Source of the DNA: a virus
Direction: 5' to 3' (one strand)
DNA length: 64,000 nucleotides
Virus record (IMG/VR): IMGVR_UViG_3300040801_001492
Span: 37,446 to 101,445 of that record
Shown: piece after piece, positions 27,275-40,300 of the stretch
Layout of the letters: each line of letters opens with the position of its first letter
Numbering within the stretch: the first letter of the stretch is position 1
The notes under the pieces: generated by a model
The model's database searches: none
What the model saw: the letters and a program-made list of their open reading frames with translations, nothing else
Told to the model about the DNA's origin: nothing
Translations under genes and position numbers: made by a program

Positions 27275-30200
27275 TTAGTATGGACTTTTCTGAAACTCAT
27301 CATATAGTTCGAATAGTCGTTCTAACTGTGCACCACCATATGCCCATTGTATAGTATAATAAAAGGCTGGTGTCCTATCATAAGGACTATTTTCACCTAA
27401 TATAAAGTCTCTTCCTTCATCGAAAGTATTAAATAGTGTCTGTTTAGTAGATGATAATAGTGATGCTAATGGAACAGGATTCTGCATCAGCCTAAGAAAC
27501 TCATCGGGATTCCAAATAAACATTAATTCAGAATCACCTTTAGCAACCATTTTAAATAGTGTACGTGTAAACCAGTTATCCATATATCTAGGTTCACCAT
27601 CATCACCATCGCCTCCTAAGAAGAGCAACAATGCAGCGAAAGATAATATAGTTCTTATTTCAGCCAACATAGCACGTATCTGTCCTTCCTTCATCTCAAG
27701 AAAATCATCAAAAGTAACTTTACCTTGTAGTTCAGGATTTTCTAACATCCATTGCTGGTATCTACGCTGTGCTCTTCTAATGTTAGTACGTACTCTACGT
27801 GTCTTACCTGTAGGGTCAGTATATACTTCACCTAATACATTACGTAATCCACCAAAGGTTATTAGGTCTAAAGTAGCTTTAGCTAAATTAGGTGCTAATA
27901 CCTGTCCTATAAATTCGTTAAACTTAAAGCCTGCCTGTAATTCACTATCACTTAATTTGCTTAGTTCATCTTTACCAGGTATAATCTCTGAAAAAACAGC
28001 TCTAAACCTACCCCAACGAGCAGCTTGTATATGGTCATCAAAAACTAAATCACCAAACCGTTCACGTACAATACCAGGCATCCACGATTTAAAAGCCATC
28101 ATAACATTTAAAGCTAAAGACATATCTGACTTAGCTATATCTTCCTGTGATAATGAACCAATAGTATTATCAGATGTTCCTTTAACAGCATTTCTAAATT
28201 GTATGTAATTATCTAAGTTTAATCCATCAATAGATACCTTACCTGTTTCTTCATTATACTCAACAATATCTATAAGAGGTTTTACATCTTTAACATCCTG
28301 TCCAGGACGGTTTAATCTTACTAGATTACCGTCTTTATTTATACCGTAATTATGCATCATAGCTATAAGAGTAGCATCGTTATGATTTTCATCAACCTTA
28401 CGTAAAGGCATAAATAATGTTCTGGGGTCAATAACTTTACTTACTCTATTAATAGATTTTTGAAACTTTAACCTATCTATAGGGTCTTCTGCATATACAT
28501 CAAATAATTTACAAGCAGCTTTTACACGTTTATAATCAGTTGCCATAAGCTTATATGCTTTATTCATCATATCACGTGTATAAGACATACCTTTTAATCC
28601 CTCAAAATAAGCAGTTACCTTACTAGCTATAAAAGCACCTGCAGAAGGTATTATAGCAAAAGATAAAGCACGCTTACTATGATACTGCTTAAGGTCGGTT
28701 ATTAGCTTAACTGTATTAATCTTCTTAGACAAACTCTTTTCTTTAAACTTAATACCGTATAAATAATAGTCTATATAGTCTTCTAATAACTTATACGTAT
28801 CTGTAGAAAATCCTACTTTAGTAGCTATCTTTTTTAGTACTCCTTTAACACGTCTACCTGTCTGTGTAGTTATTTCGGTACCTTCCTGTGCTGCAGAAGG
28901 ATTACCTATCAGTCCTTTTAAACCTAATATAGTAGGCTCTATCTCAGACATCAGCTCATAGTTCTTTACTACCTCAGCAAAAGCTATTAACGAAGATGAT
29001 AGGTTATATGATTTCTGCATCAGGTCTATTTCACCGTTTCTATTACGTAAAGGATTTTTAAACAATATAGGTATACGCCTTTGAATACCATTCTCATCAT
29101 AGTCAGCTAAGTATATATCTTCTTCACGTACCTTGAATGAATCAAAAAATTCTCTGAACATATGCATTACACCACCTCGTTCACGTCCTATATAGTCGGA
29201 TGCTTCTTTTCTAATATTAGGAATAAAGTTAGGCGGTAATTCAGATATATTATCTATCTTAAGAATATGCCTGAAAGCATTCATATATTTGATATAAGTA
29301 CTATAGTAGCCTAATAAGGGCTTATTCGCTTCCAAATATTTATATTCTTCAGACTTATATCTATCTTCTACTTCGGGTTTAATCTTAAGATAAGTAGTAT
29401 TATTAGGATTAATCCATGCTTTATCTGACTTAAGTAAATTATTATTTTCTACCCACCTATTTAATCTATTTTTATACTCTCTCTCCTCTGGGAATCGTGC
29501 CTTATAAATAGCCTGTATTCTCTCATATCGTTGTTTATAAGTCTCCTCATTGAACTTCTTTTCATCTATATCATAAATAGTCTTAAGTATAGGTGCTCCT
29601 TCCTCAGGAGACATAAGACGTGCTTTATTAACCTTATCCCAAAACTCTTTATCATATTTACTAATAAGATTACCTGTTTCAAAGTTAATCATCTTATCAA
29701 AAGCAGCCTGTCTGGATAAACCATTATTAGATGCCCATTGAAATAAAGCTTTCTCTTTATCAGCAATCTCCTCACCTACAGACTTAACATATTGTCTTGT
29801 TTTATGTATCTGTGTCTGTATAAGCTTCCATACCTGTTTAAATACAGGGTTTTGTATTTGTGATATACGGTTAAAGTTCTGTGTAATAAAGTTTAATTCT
29901 TTTTGTGGAGCTAAACCACCTTTAGGTGTCTTATATTCGCTGGGTATATCTTCTAATATACGTTGTTCAATAATATCATGTAGTTTAGCCTTAATAGAAT
30001 GAACAGCACTAAATGCTTTATCTCGCTTTTCGTTTAATACTTCATACAACTCAGGTTCACGTTTCTGCATATCTTCGAAGTAATCAAGGGTATTATCCAT
30101 TAATTCAGTATATACATTAACCTCATCATATAACTCTTGTAACTCACCTATTTCAGGATAATTATTATTAAGTTTACCATCGGGTGTATATTTATGTTCA

Positions 30201-31351
30201 GCTAAAGCCTGTTCTGTCTCATCTAATATCTGATAGATAGATATGAATATATCTGAAATATCAGCTTTCATAATAGTTTTTTGAGTAGCACGTGTAATAG
30301 ACTTAATCTTAGCTTCTAACCGTTCTCTTTCTAATATAGTAATACCTGATTCAGACTGTTTCTTCCTAAGCTTATTAACCAGCTTCATCTGCTTTTCAAG
30401 AAGAGTATTCAATCTCTCATATTCAGTTAGCTCACCTGCTATAGGCACCTGTCTTAAATATCTACTGGCATATTCACCTATCTCTACCTTATCTAGCTCA
30501 GTAGAAAAGTAGTTATAATCACCTTGTAAATCTTTACGCAGCGGTTTAAGTCGTATATGTACAGGTATAAGACGGTTCTCTCTGAAAAACTTCACGCCGA
30601 ATCTTTCCTCATAAATACGCTTATATTCAGACATATTGAGATTATAATCCTCTATATCAGAAGTACCCATAAGCTCATCAATAAGCTGTTCACCTTTGTA
30701 ATTATCTCCGTGGGAATGTTTTATCTTGAAATCATAATTAATAGCTGAACCATCTGAAAACAATGCAAATACATCAGTTGTACCGCCTCTATTATGTACA
30801 GGATCAATGACTCCATTCTCAGAATAGATATGCACCTGTCCTTTAGGATCAATTTTCTTTTGTATATCTTTAATCTGCTTAACTACATCCTGTACACCTG
30901 TTTTTAAAGCCTCCAGATGATTATCCGACATCCTAAATATATCATGATTAAGTGCTTCTTTACGTATCTCAGTTAGATTACCTTTATTATTACCATAGAA
31001 ATCTATTAACTGACTTAATACTCCATGGAAGAATATACCAGCTTTACGTTTCTTAATATTATCAGGTCTTTGGTTTATCTGCTTGGCTTTGATAGCACCA
31101 CCTACTCTACTCTGCCATGCTTTCTTACCTAGCTCAGATACTCGCTTCTCTATAGGTACATCAAAGAAAGTATAATATGTATCATCAGGATCATCTTTCC
31201 TATGGTGTAGTATTAGATTCTCCTTAACATAATCTATACGAGCTTTTATCTGCTCTACAGAATCATCAGGCTTAGGATTAAATAATGTCCCATAGTTTCT
31301 AACAATATTCCTTACTTCTTCAGCACTTCTATTGGTTTCTATACAACTCAT
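27275..31351 (-). CDS. large virion cargo/ejection protein with N-terminal PD-(D/E)XK-like domain
   Basis: G..FH, SE...GGTTD...YDFK; mostly helical; hydrophobic segment near C-terminus; directly downstream of vRNAP. Confidence 0.65.
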   Translation of the reverse strand: MSCIETNRSAEEVRNIVRNYGTLFNPKPDDSVEQIKARIDYVKENLILHHRKDDPDDTYYTFFDVPIEKRVSELGKKAWQSRVGGAIKAKQINQRPDNIKKRKAGIFFHGVLSQLIDFYGNNKGNLTEIRKEALNHDIFRMSDNHLEALKTGVQDVVKQIKDIQKKIDPKGQVHIYSENGVIDPVHNRGGTTDVFALFSDGSAINYDFKIKHSHGDNYKGEQLIDELMGTSDIEDYNLNMSEYKRIYEERFGVKFFRENRLIPVHIRLKPLRKDLQGDYNYFSTELDKVEIGEYASRYLRQVPIAGELTEYERLNTLLEKQMKLVNKLRKKQSESGITILERERLEAKIKSITRATQKTIMKADISDIFISIYQILDETEQALAEHKYTPDGKLNNNYPEIGELQELYDEVNVYTELMDNTLDYFEDMQKREPELYEVLNEKRDKAFSAVHSIKAKLHDIIEQRILEDIPSEYKTPKGGLAPQKELNFITQNFNRISQIQNPVFKQVWKLIQTQIHKTRQYVKSVGEEIADKEKALFQWASNNGLSRQAAFDKMINFETGNLISKYDKEFWDKVNKARLMSPEEGAPILKTIYDIDEKKFNEETYKQRYERIQAIYKARFPEEREYKNRLNRWVENNNLLKSDKAWINPNNTTYLKIKPEVEDRYKSEEYKYLEANKPLLGYYSTYIKYMNAFRHILKIDNISELPPNFIPNIRKEASDYIGRERGGVMHMFREFFDSFKVREEDIYLADYDENGIQRRIPILFKNPLRNRNGEIDLMQKSYNLSSSLIAFAEVVKNYELMSEIEPTILGLKGLIGNPSAAQEGTEITTQTGRRVKGVLKKIATKVGFSTDTYKLLEDYIDYYLYGIKFKEKSLSKKINTVKLITDLKQYHSKRALSFAIIPSAGAFIASKVTAYFEGLKGMSYTRDMMNKAYKLMATDYKRVKAACKLFDVYAEDPIDRLKFQKSINRVSKVIDPRTLFMPLRKVDENHNDATLIAMMHNYGINKDGNLVRLNRPGQDVKDVKPLIDIVEYNEETGKVSIDGLNLDNYIQFRNAVKGTSDNTIGSLSQEDIAKSDMSLALNVMMAFKSWMPGIVRERFGDLVFDDHIQAARWGRFRAVFSEIIPGKDELSKLSDSELQAGFKFNEFIGQVLAPNLAKATLDLITFGGLRNVLGEVYTDPTGKTRRVRTNIRRAQRRYQQWMLENPELQGKVTFDDFLEMKEGQIRAMLAEIRTILSFAALLLFLGGDGDDGEPRYMDNWFTRTLFKMVAKGDSELMFIWNPDEFLRLMQNPVPLASLLSSTKQTLFNTFDEGRDFILGENSPYDRTPAFYYTIQWAYGGAQLERLFELYDEFQKSPY

Positions 31352-31359
31352 AATAATTT

Positions 31360-34300
31360 TTAATCAATTCCACACATTTGTTCAATCTCTCCTTGTGTTA
31401 GTCCGTCTATGAAGGCTAACTTCTCATACCTACCTAAATAAGCTTTATCAGGATAATACTTATCAAAGTTTCTCAGTAAATCTTCAGAAGTAAAACCTGT
31501 ATTATCAGGTTCTTTCTGTATCTCTTTAGCATTAGTTTCTGCTATACTTTCTTTTATAGCTGAACTATCCAGTCCAGATTCTTTAGTTACACGAAGAACA
31601 TATCTACCCCTAGCCTCACCCGGTCTTTCTGTTAGCATAGTTTTAATGTTAGATATATCATCAAATCTTTGTTTAACTAACTCAGCAGACCTGCTATCAT
31701 CAAAATATTTAATCTTAGTGTTGTTAACTATTTGGTCAGCATTAAAGTTATTCCATAATAATATGCCATTATTAGATGTTTTCATCATCCTATCAACATC
31801 AGTAAAAAAATTTAAATCAGTAATAGGTTCATTTAATGTTAAATAATCAACAAAAGAAGTAACATCTCCTTTATTAGTTTGTTTCTGCATATCTAATAAG
31901 GCTTGTCCTAATGCTTCACTAATTTTATTATCTTTTATTAGTTGTTTTACTTCTTTAAGAGATACTCCTTTAAATTGAAATTCAGATGGAGTATACAACC
32001 CCATTTCTGTTTGTCGTAATTGTTCAGTTTCATAACGATAAAATTTATCATATTTCTGGTCGTCTTCATGTTCTAATCGCCATATTTTACGTTTTTCTTC
32101 CATAGGAAGTTTTCGAAACTCTTTTTCTATTTCACTACGTGTCAGATTTGCAATTACCATATCATCTAATGCCTGATACATATCTACCTCATCTAATAAA
32201 TAATCCTGGAATAATCCCATCATCATCTCATCACTACTAATATCTGTTTCTGTTACACCAACCACTTCATTAATATAAAGAGTAGATGCTGTCAATACCT
32301 GTCCTAAAACTGTATCATCAACTATTGTTTTAGTTGTATTAGCAAACATACTCTGGAAGAAGTTTATAATATCGTTGACTATTCTGGCAAATATGTTTTG
32401 CTTATTATCAACAACTTCTTCTTCAGTAAGAGCAGGAATAGTTTTTAATTCTTCCTGTACTTCTCTATTAGTAAGTGAATATGATATAAGCTCTATAGGG
32501 CTATTTACACGCTTTTTAAAGTCTTCTGACAACTGTTCTTCATAAGACCTTACATGCTTATATAAACTGTTCATACGCTCTTTAAAAGCGTTATTATTGA
32601 TATACTGATAAAGAGTAGCACCGTGTAGTACTTCATGTAGTACAGTTTCTTCAAAAGCATCTGTATTAAGGTCACTACGATAATGAACAGTAGGATTAGT
32701 ATATCCTCTACCAAAAGTAAAAGCACCATCATACTCAAATTCTTCAGCAGCCTGCTCATTCAGTTTCCAAGGTATAGTAGTTATCTGTTTAAGGTTAGTA
32801 GCTAAATCTTTATATAAATCATTTTCGCTCTCCTTTTCTATAATACGAAGCATCCTATTAACACTAACACCTTTATCTAGATACTTCCTATACTTATTAT
32901 CACCTGTAGTATTATCTGCATTTATCTTAGTAGGATAAGGCAATCCTTTGCTTTTCTTAGCTTCAATCTGTAATAGCTCATTAACATTTTTTTCATCATA
33001 ATCCTTAACATCTTCACTGCTAGCTAATATATCTTCTGCATTAACAGTAGCAAAAGCAGTAGGATCATAGTTATTAGCAGGAAGTATACTCTTTACTTCT
33101 GATGTCTCTGAAGGATAAAACTCAATAAACCTATTTTGTTCACCTAGCTTAGGTATAAGTTTAAATGTTCTACCGCTAACACGCTTATAAAGCAGTACTT
33201 CTCTAGCAGCTGATTCATCTTTACCTTTATAGTTAGAAGGATTTTCTACATATACATCAGCAGTAAAGTATTCCTTACCATCATAGAATCCTTTAGTATC
33301 TTCGTATATCTCATATCTATCTTTTATATTCTTACCTTTATACCAGAAAGCAAAGCTTGTACGTGGTATAAGTTTAGTATTATAAGCATTATTTTGATAC
33401 ATCTGTGTAAGGAAATTATTTATTACTTTCTCTTTATTCTCCATACTTAAACCGTTATACATACCTATCACCTGAGAAGCAAATGGCATGAATATTCTGT
33501 TAGGTATAAGATGTAGATAGGATAATGGACTACGTTGCATACCATTCTGCCATAGACTATGGAAGATGAGATGTTCTACAAACTGAGCCATATCAGGAGT
33601 AGCTTCATTCCATAATGAATATATATCTCCTTCAATAGCATCAGACTCATGTACATCATAATTCTTTTGGAAGGTAGTTACACTGTTTACTTTAGATGTA
33701 GTCTTAGTCTTATGTACCTTACTATTAATAAGAGGCTTAAGCTCTTTTAAAGCTATATGTTCAGTATTAGTTCTTTCAAGCTCTAACAGCCTATGAGGTA
33801 TAGAGTTATCACCTGTAAATAATCCTTTATATATATCCTGCAATTCGAAGGTATCTGTAGAAACGGCTGCAGTAATCAAGAATGTAAAGAACTGTAGTTT
33901 GACATTATTACTTATCTTATCAACATCTTTAGGATCATTCTTTAATCTCCAATCCTTCAACTCTACCGATAGGTTCTCAAACATCTCAGTAAGCTGTGGG
34001 TCTTGTAGTAATAGTGACGACCATGCATACATATTAGGTATATTCTCACGTGTCCATGCCTGTTCAGTAAGAATAGAATTATTAAGAGCTTCTTCTATAG
34101 AAGGTATATCAAATAGTTTACTGATAGACCTATACCTATTGAAGTTCTCTGCTACTATACCAGTATAGTGCTTAGCTAATGTTGAGGTTGAGTCAGGACG
34201 TAATATCCTATTAACAGAAGACATCTGCCTACCTAATAGCTGATAAGACATAAAGTTATCTAGTGCTTGTATCTGTAGCTCAACAGACTCATTATTAATA

Positions 34301-37300
34301 TTACTAAGTTGTTTCTTTGTTAAATACTGGTAATTATATTGTTTCTTCCGCTTATTATACTTATCTATTACTGCATCAGGCACTGGTTGGTCACCATAAG
34401 ATAGTATCTCCTCAATAGCTGATGTTAGTGTTTCAGTATATCTCAAAGGTACGTTCTTAAGCTTAGACTTGCTTGTGTTCTTCTTATTAACCAGTTCAGT
34501 TAATGCAGCAGCATACCATTCATCCCTATTCTTTCTCTTAGAAGATGAGAACTTCTTCTTGCCGAAGTAATCCTTATAAGGAGCATGGTTATAGAAAGGC
34601 TCTGTCATATGAAAGTTCATATTAGCCCTTCTTATCTTAAGGTAATCTTTAACTACATCCGAAGTAAATAGATAAGCGATAGATTCTATCCCTACACCTT
34701 TCTTTATACCTGTTCTATTAAGAGCAGCTACAGCATTGAAAGTAAATGAATCTGTTAATCTAAAGATAAAGTCATCTTTTCTAACATCAACAAAAGCATT
34801 TAAAAACTCAGAGAAGTTATCACCTATATTATAGCCATCACTATCTTCTAACAGTCCTACATTATAACCAGTATCAGTCTCCTGTCCACTAAAGAACAGA
34901 GGTATAAGATTATTTAACCTAATAGGATTGCTTTGTGTAAAAGCATGTGTAGTGTTCTGTACAGCACCTAACGCTATATTTTGTTTACCACCCCACATCT
35001 GTAATGCTTTCTGTGAATTAAACCAGAAGGCTAATAGGTCAGCCTTATTTTCACTGTGCATAGCCTCTTCAACAGGAGTAAGCTTACGTCCTTTATATGC
35101 TTTATCTACAACTTTCTTAAGGTTATCTGATGTATTAGGTCTAACTAAATCTTCAAACCTACCAGGATGTAATAGTGTCTTAAATATTATCTCATTGATA
35201 CGGTTTTGCTTATTCTTATTGCTGTCTTGACGTACAGGACGCTTCATCCTATCTTTTAAATCATACTCATTCAGATAAGTAGTTAGTTTATCAACGTCAA
35301 AGTCAGAACCTGATTTAACTGTTATCTCAGGTGGTAACACAACCTTAGCACCATGATAGTGAGGTAAGAACTCCACTATCTCCATTGATTCTAATGAATT
35401 AATACTCTGACTAGGTATTCTATTAGCTGGTATATTAAGCATCTCAAAGAAATCTTCGCCTAACAATTTAGTATCTCTTTCTCTGATAGCCACATTAAGA
35501 ACAGTAAGACCACCTAATGATTTAACCCAAGGAATCCATGCTGTAGGCAAAGAAACCATAACCTGCATAGCTTTTATTTCACCACCTTCATTACGATAAA
35601 ACTTAAGTTTACGATTACCTTCTCTATATCTCTTCAAATCATCATATAGTAATGAAGATTCTTGTATAAACATCTCACCGAAGTTCTTACGCTTGATAAC
35701 ATTATTCGCTACAGAAGCAATAAGTATTTCCTCTATCTTATCACTGGTAGTAAGCAAATCAAAGATAGTATGTTCTGAGTTCATTACTATCTCAATAGCA
35801 TCAATAACATTATTAGGCATAAGCCTATTCTCAAACATATCAACTATCTTAGACTTGAACCTATCTTTATTCTCCTTAGGAAGAGTATATAAGCCAGATT
35901 CTTCATTATAAGCGATACCTAAATCATCTAGTAATGTACTTCTATTGTCAGCTACTATCTCATTAACTAATTTCTTATATTCAGATATTTCAGGCATCAG
36001 GTCTTCACCTACACCTTGAACAGGTACACCTAGTTCCATCAGGTTAGCAAACTCAAGCTTATTTCTTTGCACTGAGTTAGTTACTTTACCAGACTCTTCA
36101 TCATGCACATCCAGCTGTATACCAAAATCATCATAGCTTAGTGATTGAATAGTGTATTCATCATCTTCTAATTGAGGAATACTACCATCAGGATTAGTTA
36201 ACATAGTAATCTTCTCAGCACTGGTAAAAGTAAGTATACCTACCTGTGAACTGAGCATATTTAGATATGTATTGAATATTTCACCATCAGGTATAGCTGA
36301 AGGAAAGATAGGTGCAGTAGATGTTTTAAAATACTGATTAACAAAGATACCATCCTGATTAGCTATTCGACCAAAACCCATAGGTTTAATAATAGGTAAG
36401 GCCGCTAAGTCAGCTATATCAATAACTTCACCTCTATACATAGGTTCAGTAGGTACTTTATTATTTGTATGTTCACTAAAGACACCATCAGTAAAGACAG
36501 ACTCATCAATATCAAATATTGTCGATGGTTTATCTAATAACCTTAGAGCAAACTTCTGCATCTCATACTGATAAGTACGCTCCTGTGCTTCGCCCCACAT
36601 ACCATTCCTTACTAATATATCTCTATATTCATCCAGAGTAGCGTATGACTGTGCATCGGTAGACATTATATCTTTATAAGCATCATGTATAGTAGATAAA
36701 TCTTTATTATTGACTACTACATCATCAACTACAATCTTATCAACAGTACCCATAACACCATCAGGATTAAGTCTATCACGACCATCCAAACGTGGATATA
36801 GCTCATTGAGAAGAGTATTTACTGCTAATGAGTTGTTTGTTCTGTACTTAGTAGAAGCAGCACCTGTTGTACGTGTATGGAACTCATTGAAGTCTTTGTA
36901 TGATGCTATATCACCAAAGAATAGTTTAAGCTGTTCAGTAACACCTACATACTGGTTATATAATGCCGTAAGCAGCATACGATTAAGGTCACCTTGTGGT
37001 AAGGCACCTGAATAATCAAATTTCATACCCTGCTCTTCTAACCATTGTGGGTCAATACCAGGCACATAATTACGTTCTTCTATACCAGTAGAAAAAGTTT
37101 TCGTTTCTGTATAAATAATATTATCTTCACGGAGAGAATATAAAGTTTTCTCCATCAAATCATCTATAAACAAATCAAATGAACCATCAAGATAGTTACT
37201 ATACTTATTAATAAATTGGTCAGCTAATCCAACTAGATATTCAGGATTAGTTTGTGCTTCTGTTGTAAGGTTATGGTCTACATTGGTATTAAAAAAATCT

Positions 37301-40300
37301 TCTAAAGCAGGAGGCTTTAGCCTAACCTTATCAGGAGCCATACGATAGATAAACTCAAAAGCACGTAATGTCTTTATATTATCTCTATAGAAACGCAGGT
37401 CACCACCAAAGTTTACTGGGTCTGCAAAATATGCAAATGAAGTAACTAGCTCGTCTTTTAGATAATTAGCTAACATCTCTTTGAAGGCATCTCTTGATAC
37501 GTTATCTACTGGTCTACCTACTTTAAGAGCATAGACTGGCTTACGTTCAGCAGCCTGTAATAAAGGAATATAACCTCTTAATATAGCATTGAAAGAAGCT
37601 CTCTTGTAGTCACCATGATTAGCTTTATTCATATCAGAAGAGTTACCTTGCTGTGATTTAACACCTTTAAGAACAGCTAATTCTATCTTCTGATTATTAT
37701 TTAATACTGCATCTACCCATTGTGAATGTAGAGTAAATAGGTTACCTCTTGTTCCGTCATAAGGCTGTAGATGTTCAACAGCTTCGGGTATAACAACTTC
37801 ACCGCCTTCTCTATAGATAGAGTTAAGTGCGTTTACTGTAGCTGATATATTTGAATTAAGAGCTATACTGTACTCAGGGTCACCATTCTGGTTAAAGTAC
37901 ATCAGGTCACTATCATTCAAGAAGAAGTTCTGTGCATAGTCAACTAATGAATCCAGCTCTTTCTGATTCTTAATAACACGCTTATCATATAGGTCTGATA
38001 AAGCTATATGTTTATTTTTTATCTCACTAACTTCTCTATATAAAGTATCTAGATAATCATTTATAAGCTGCTTATTGTAAATATCTTTCTTGTTATCAGA
38101 TATAAGAATACCTAACTTATCTAATACCTTAAGATTTTCATCTAATCTATTATCCGAGTCTTTATTATATCTTAAGTTAGCTTTATAGTCTTTTTTAAAT
38201 TCTTCTATGTTAATCTGATAATTACCATTACTATCTCTTGATGAATAGGAGTTTTTCTTACCAACAGATACCTGTGCATTATTCTGCCACTTATTCTTAA
38301 TCAGGTAGCCTTGCTTATCAGATGCTGCATTAAGTAGCTGAAATGAACCATCGTGATTAAATAGTGCTATCAGAGGAACATTCTTATTATTAGCAAATGA
38401 CTTGAAGAATGCATTCTGTAGGTTAAATTCAGAACGTGATAGTCCTTGTTCACCTAACCTTAGCCTTGTGATAAGAGTATCTAATTCAGGAAACTTAGGT
38501 ATTAATAATTCCAGCTTTCTATGCATCTCATCTAAAGTATACACATTAGCAAGTTGGTTCTTTAATATGTTTAATACACGCCTAAAGGCTGCTGTTGACT
38601 TAGCACCGTATTCAGATATGACAGGTGTAGTCTTACCATTAATATAGTTAACATCAGTTAACCCTGCTATTAACAATCTTACTGGTTCAGGAACAATTTC
38701 ACTTAGGTCTACTTCATAGCTTTCTTTATATGAATAGGTATCACCTACTCTATCATCTTCCTCAGTAACTTTAGCTAGCTGTATACGATACTGCTTAAGG
38801 AAACGCTTATGTTCCTTAACAAAGTCAGTCCAGTTATTAACAATAGTATCAGCCATAGGCTTACTTTCAGAAACACTATCCTGAAGAAGCATATACTGAA
38901 CTTTTATATCTCTGTATATATCACTTACATTACCTTCTAGGTTATATAAAGCTTCTGCTCCATACTTATCAGAACCAAACAGCCTCTGGAAGAACCTAAA
39001 GTTTATATCTCTTAAGAAGATATAGGACTCTTTCTCCTTAACATTAGCTATCCTATCTAAGGTAGTACGTGTCTCTCTCTGTGGTGTTACAAAACTACCC
39101 ATACGAAGACGCTCAAAGCGTTCAATCATAGGTAGGTCTGCTTTACGGTTTATATTAAGTACGTTTAATATAAAATCTAATAGCTTAGTAAACCATGATT
39201 TCTTAAGTTGTGCTTCCTCTGATTTACCAAACCTATAATGCTGAGGAGCTAACATATAGATACGAAATTCTTCAGCAAGAATTTCTTCTACTTCAGTATC
39301 TGTTAGTTCTTCATTACCTAATCTTTTCTTTGTTAGCGTATAGAGATTATTTACTTCCTCATCAGACATAAAGACCTGACTAAAGACGTGCCACGCCTCA
39401 TGTATAACAGTACCTTTAGCGGCATCGCTGCCTATCAATACTAATGAACTATCAACTAGCTTACCCCATACATCAGGTAAAGCATCAGTTACTTCTATTG
39501 GGAAGTTAGGAAATCTCTCTCTAAACCATGCTAACTGCTCATCTATCTGTTCACGTTCATAGTTATCTACTATACTACGTGACCTATCAAGTTGATTATT
39601 ATTTATCTTAACAAAAGCCTTAGCCTCTTTCTTAGCTGCATCTAAGTCTTGATATGTATCTAACAAGATTTTTTGCTGAGCATCGCTTAATGAGCCCCAT
39701 GCATCTTCCTCATTAACATCATCAACCTGAGTCTTCTCTTCATGTGCTAACGTACCATCAGTTAATCCTGATGTTTCTTGAGGAGCCTTCTTTTGGAATT
39801 TCTTCATATCTATCTTACCAACAGCTTTAGGCTTTTCTTCCTTTTCTTTAGGTTTTAGAAAACCTTGTAGTTTAGCTGCGTTCTCAGCAACCTTAGTTTT
39901 CTTATCAATTTGCTTCTGTTCGGCTCTATTCTCTTTAACTTCACCGGGTGTACTGAGCTGTATAGACTGGTTAATATATAATGGATTATTAACTAACTGA
40001 TAAGGATTTTTTACATCTGTCTTTCTTACATTAACAGTACCTTTAGGAGTATTACTCTTCTTATTTGAGAATAAAAATCCTTTATAACCACCGTCTTTAG
40101 TATTCCATGTCTTAGTAGTAAGCTTTTGTTCACCGTTGACGGTAATAACATCATACTCAATAAAAGTATTATTATCTTTAAGCAGCTTATTATTAAAATT
40201 CCACATCTTATTAGACAGGAACTGCTCTAATGCTGCAGTAGCCTCAACATCATTAATACCTTCAGGTGTCATCTGATATTCACCAAATACTACACCTCTA

